Assembly: GCA_000091165.1 (NCBI GenBank) | Contig: FP565575.1 | Location: forward strand, 720,001-752,000 | Source: Candidatus Methylomirabilis oxygeniifera | Lineage (GTDB): Bacteria; Methylomirabilota; Methylomirabilia; Methylomirabilales; Methylomirabilaceae | Length of the DNA stretch: 32,000 nt | Reading direction: 5' to 3' | In this document: piece by piece, positions 29,679 through 32,000 of the stretch | How positions within the stretch are numbered: position 1 is the stretch's first letter | Layout: the number at the start of each line of letters is the position of its first letter | Notes under the pieces: model-generated | The model's database searches: none | The model's input: the letters and a program-made list of their open reading frames with translations, nothing else | Told to the model about the DNA's origin: nothing | Made by a program: the position numbers and the translations under genes

Positions 29679-29972
29679 ATAGGGACAGACACTATTATTG
29701 TAACAATTCGCGGTGTTCGCGGTCATGGTTGTGCATGCCACGGATTAGCCGAATTGCTGCATTGGGCCACCCGTATCATGTGAGGCAACGAGAGGATGAT
29801 CGTCAGGCGGTCGTTCGGAACGACAGCGATTCGAATGCGCATGATGACAGAACAGCCGCGGCGAAGAGGCGGGTTCATCTGGAAGGTGCGCAGGAAACTG
29901 GACAAGTAATTCACGTGTTGCAGAGGGGGGGAGACCAGGGAAGCGATTTCAATAAATAGTACCTGTCCCCAT
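29679..29972 (+). mobile_element. Degenerate miniature element derived from a REP-associated Y1/IS200-like transposase unit, copy 2
   Basis: Left end ATAGGGACAGACACTATTAT, right end AATAAATAGTACCTGTCCCCAT (reverse complement ATGGGGACAGGTACTATTTATT). Internal remnant MPRISRIAALGHPYHVRQREDDRQAVV matches a Y1 transposase N-terminus, then diverges after an apparent deletion. Confidence 0.78.
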
Positions 29973-30105
29973 ATTCCCGGCAGGAAAAATGTTCTTGACA
30001 ACTCCTTGACAGCGCGTACAATGCCCCTTCGGGCCACCATGGCCCGGCGAAGTCTTGTTGAAGTCTTGTTGTGTTGTATATTGTTGTGAAAGGAGGGAAG
30101 TCGAC

Positions 30106-30282
30106 ATGGCAGAGAAGCCACAAGGAGCAAAACTTGCCAGCCGCACGAAGAATCAGGTCAAGAAGACGGCCGGTCAGTGTACATGCGGCGGCGATCTGAT
30201 CTGGAGCATGGTCTTTAACCCGCGCGGTCGTATGATGAAAGTTTGCGAAAAGTGTGGGACGGCCTTGCCAAAGGTGGGGTAG
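30106..30282 (+). CDS. Small (58 aa) four-cysteine zinc-ribbon-like protein
   Basis: MAEKPQGAKLASRTKNQVKKTAGQCTCGGDLIWSMVFNPRGRMMKVCEKCGTALPKVG, CxC...CxxC, basic N-terminus. AGGAGGGAAG SD upstream and terminator downstream. Confidence 0.75.
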   Translation: MAEKPQGAKLASRTKNQVKKTAGQCTCGGDLIWSMVFNPRGRMMKVCEKCGTALPKVG

Positions 30283-30313
30283 GGTACGACAGTACGCGGC
30301 CTCTTAAAACGAC

Positions 30314-30350
30314 AGGGCTCCCCGATATGATCTGGGGAGCCCTTTGTATT
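30314..30350 (+). terminator. Rho-independent terminator
   Basis: AGGGCTCCCC-GATATGATCT-GGGGAGCCCT followed by TTGTATTTT. Confidence 0.85.
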
Positions 30351-30556
30351 TTGTGACTGATATATAGTATGGGGGTCAGTGCTAAGTCGAGTGTCGGGCT
30401 GTATCACGCCGTTTCAGCCAAGCAGGAGATACTGCTTGGCAGTCGCCGGTCCACACAGTATCATACTCTCGAATCGGATATGTCACCGTGAACACGCTGG
30501 TCAAGTTACGTATGCAGGCGTTCCGGTGCATGGCGGTCATCAACTGAGCGGAGGAG

Positions 30557-31291
30557 ATGGAGCTTCACGGGCGGACGGCATTGGTGACGGGGGCAGCCAG
30601 GCGTGTGGGCCGGGCGATTGCCCTGGCGATGGCGGGCCGGGGCGCCGATGTGGTGATTCACTATAGGAGCAGTGCGTCCGAGGCCCACGAGACAGTAGAG
30701 GCGGTGGTACGTCTCGGCCGACGAGCGTTTGCCATTCAGGCCGATTTGGCAGAGCCGGATCAGGTCGAGGCGCTGGCTGACCGCGCAGTGCAGGCGTGCG
30801 GGAAGATCGATGTCCTGGTGAACAGTGCCGCGATCTTTCGGAGAACGCCGCTCGAACAGCTTACCGTACAGGACTGGGAACAGTTCCTGCGCGTCAACCT
30901 CACGGGACCGTTCCTGCTGGCCAGACGACTGGGCCTGCTGATGCGGCAGCAGGGAGCGGGGAAGATCATCAATGTCGCCGATGTCGCGGGGATCAAACCG
31001 TGGGCCGACTTCCTGCCCTATTCCGTCTCCAAGGGGATGTTGATTACCATCACGCAGGGGCTGGCGAAGGCGCTGGCGCCGGAGGTCCAGGTGAATGCTG
31101 TGGTGCCCGGCACAGTATTGCCGGCAGAGGACTACAGCGAGAAAGAGCGCGAGTCGATTGTCAGAGGCACACTGCTCAAACGGATCGGTGACCCGGCCGA
31201 TATCGCCCAGACCGTCCTCTTTCTTGTAGAAGGCTCGGATTTCATCACCGGGCAAGTCGTGGTCGTAGATGGGGGCCGATCGATCCAGTAA
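30557..31291 (+). CDS. Short-chain dehydrogenase/reductase, pteridine-reductase (PTR1/FolM)-like
   Basis: ALVTGAARRVGRAIALAMAGRGADVVIHYRSSASEA; NSAAIF; INVADVAGIKPWADFLPYSVSKG; GFITG-type end EGSDFITGQVVVVDGGRS. Asp replaces the usual catalytic Ser, 13 residues before the Tyr. Confidence 0.87.
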   Translation: MELHGRTALVTGAARRVGRAIALAMAGRGADVVIHYRSSASEAHETVEAVVRLGRRAFAIQADLAEPDQVEALADRAVQACGKIDVLVNSAAIFRRTPLEQLTVQDWEQFLRVNLTGPFLLARRLGLLMRQQGAGKIINVADVAGIKPWADFLPYSVSKGMLITITQGLAKALAPEVQVNAVVPGTVLPAEDYSEKERESIVRGTLLKRIGDPADIAQTVLFLVEGSDFITGQVVVVDGGRSIQ

Positions 31292-31309
31292 GCGGCCCTG
31301 AAGGATAAG

Positions 31310-31987
31310 ATGAGCCACACCCTCTATCTGAAGCAAATGGAATTAGGCGAGATGGCCAACTACGTCTATCTGATCGGTTCGACCAAGACGAAGGAGGCCG
31401 CTGTGATCGATCCGGCCTGGGAGATCGAGAGGATTGTGGAGCTTGCCGCAGTTGATGAGATGACACTGACCCACATCCTGGTCACCCACTCCCATCCCGA
31501 TCATGTGGGTGGCAAGCTGTTCGGTCTTCAGATCCAGGGAGTCGCGGAGTTGCTCGAGCGGGTAGACGCCAAGGTGGTTGTTCATAAAGCGGAGGCCGAC
31601 CACCTGACCCCTCTTGCCGGATCGAACATCATGCGAGTCGACCATGGTGACACCGTGAGTCTGGGCGACATCACCGTGACGATCATCCACACCCCTGGCC
31701 ACACTCCGGGCTCACAATGTTTTCTGGTGCGGGATCGCCTGGTTACAGGAGATACATTGTTCATTGGTTCGTGCGGCCGCGTTGATCTCCCGGGCAGCAG
31801 TCCTGAGCAGATGTACGATTCGCTGACGAATAGAGTCATGAAGCTGGACGACAAGACCGTCGTCCTACCCGGCCATAACTACGCCGCTGGTCGCACGTCC
31901 AGCAGTATCGGTGAGGAGCGCAACAAGAACCCGTACGTTCAGTGTCGCTCCCTTGCCGCGTTCCTCCGCGTCACGGGCAATGCCTGA
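31310..31987 (+). CDS. MBL-fold metallo-hydrolase (glyoxalase II-like)
   Basis: ANYVYLIGSTKTKEAAVIDPAWEIERIVELA, THSHPDHVGG metal motif, HTPGHTPGSQCFLVRDRLVTGDTLFIGSCGR, VVLPGHNYA. Confidence 0.9.
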   Translation: MSHTLYLKQMELGEMANYVYLIGSTKTKEAAVIDPAWEIERIVELAAVDEMTLTHILVTHSHPDHVGGKLFGLQIQGVAELLERVDAKVVVHKAEADHLTPLAGSNIMRVDHGDTVSLGDITVTIIHTPGHTPGSQCFLVRDRLVTGDTLFIGSCGRVDLPGSSPEQMYDSLTNRVMKLDDKTVVLPGHNYAAGRTSSSIGEERNKNPYVQCRSLAAFLRVTGNA

Positions 31988-32000
31988 GTCCGGCGGCGCG

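Noticed and set aside
29723-30130. 135-aa minus-strand ORF across the miniature element
   Set aside because: Covers both the degenerate transposon remnant and flanking sequence. The transposase-like similarity is on the plus strand, so this ORF is not supported.
1-32000. Defence island, toxin-antitoxin, biosynthetic cluster or prophage
   Set aside because: No restriction-modification, Cas, Abi, toxin-antitoxin, phage structural, integrase, NRPS or PKS motifs seen on either strand. The only mobile signals are the degenerate miniature elements and the short repeats.

Overview
This is mostly a bacterial housekeeping and metabolic region. Gene content suggests an NC10 / Candidatus Methylomirabilis-like genome, but that is an inference from general knowledge and not a database result. 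From left to right it holds: a Mo/W formate dehydrogenase alpha subunit truncated by the window edge, with a fused NuoE-NuoF-like beta subunit; a stand-alone Lrp/AsnC ligand-binding domain protein; a small excisionase-like HTH protein; an NtrB/NtrC-like two-component pair; a LysR regulator; purC; a small PGPGW-type membrane protein; nirD-nirB (assimilatory nitrite reductase); gltD-gltB (glutamate synthase); a bifunctional penicillin-binding protein overlapping a gene for an SLT-like protein with an apparently degenerate catalytic motif; an ABM-like small protein; an alpha/beta hydrolase; leuD-leuC; a small exported Gly/Met/Pro-rich protein; a DUF1330-like protein; a TPR-like protein; a 58-aa four-cysteine zinc-ribbon-like protein; a PTR1-like SDR; and an MBL-fold hydrolase. 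Two degenerate ~290-bp elements with terminal inverted repeats look like internally deleted derivatives of a REP-associated (Y1/IS200-like) transposase unit. I see no CRISPR array, tRNA, rRNA, prophage or recognisable defence island. The best candidates for new biology are the PBP/degenerate-SLT gene pair and the RAYT-derived miniature elements. I do not see convincing evidence of a wholly new multi-gene system.
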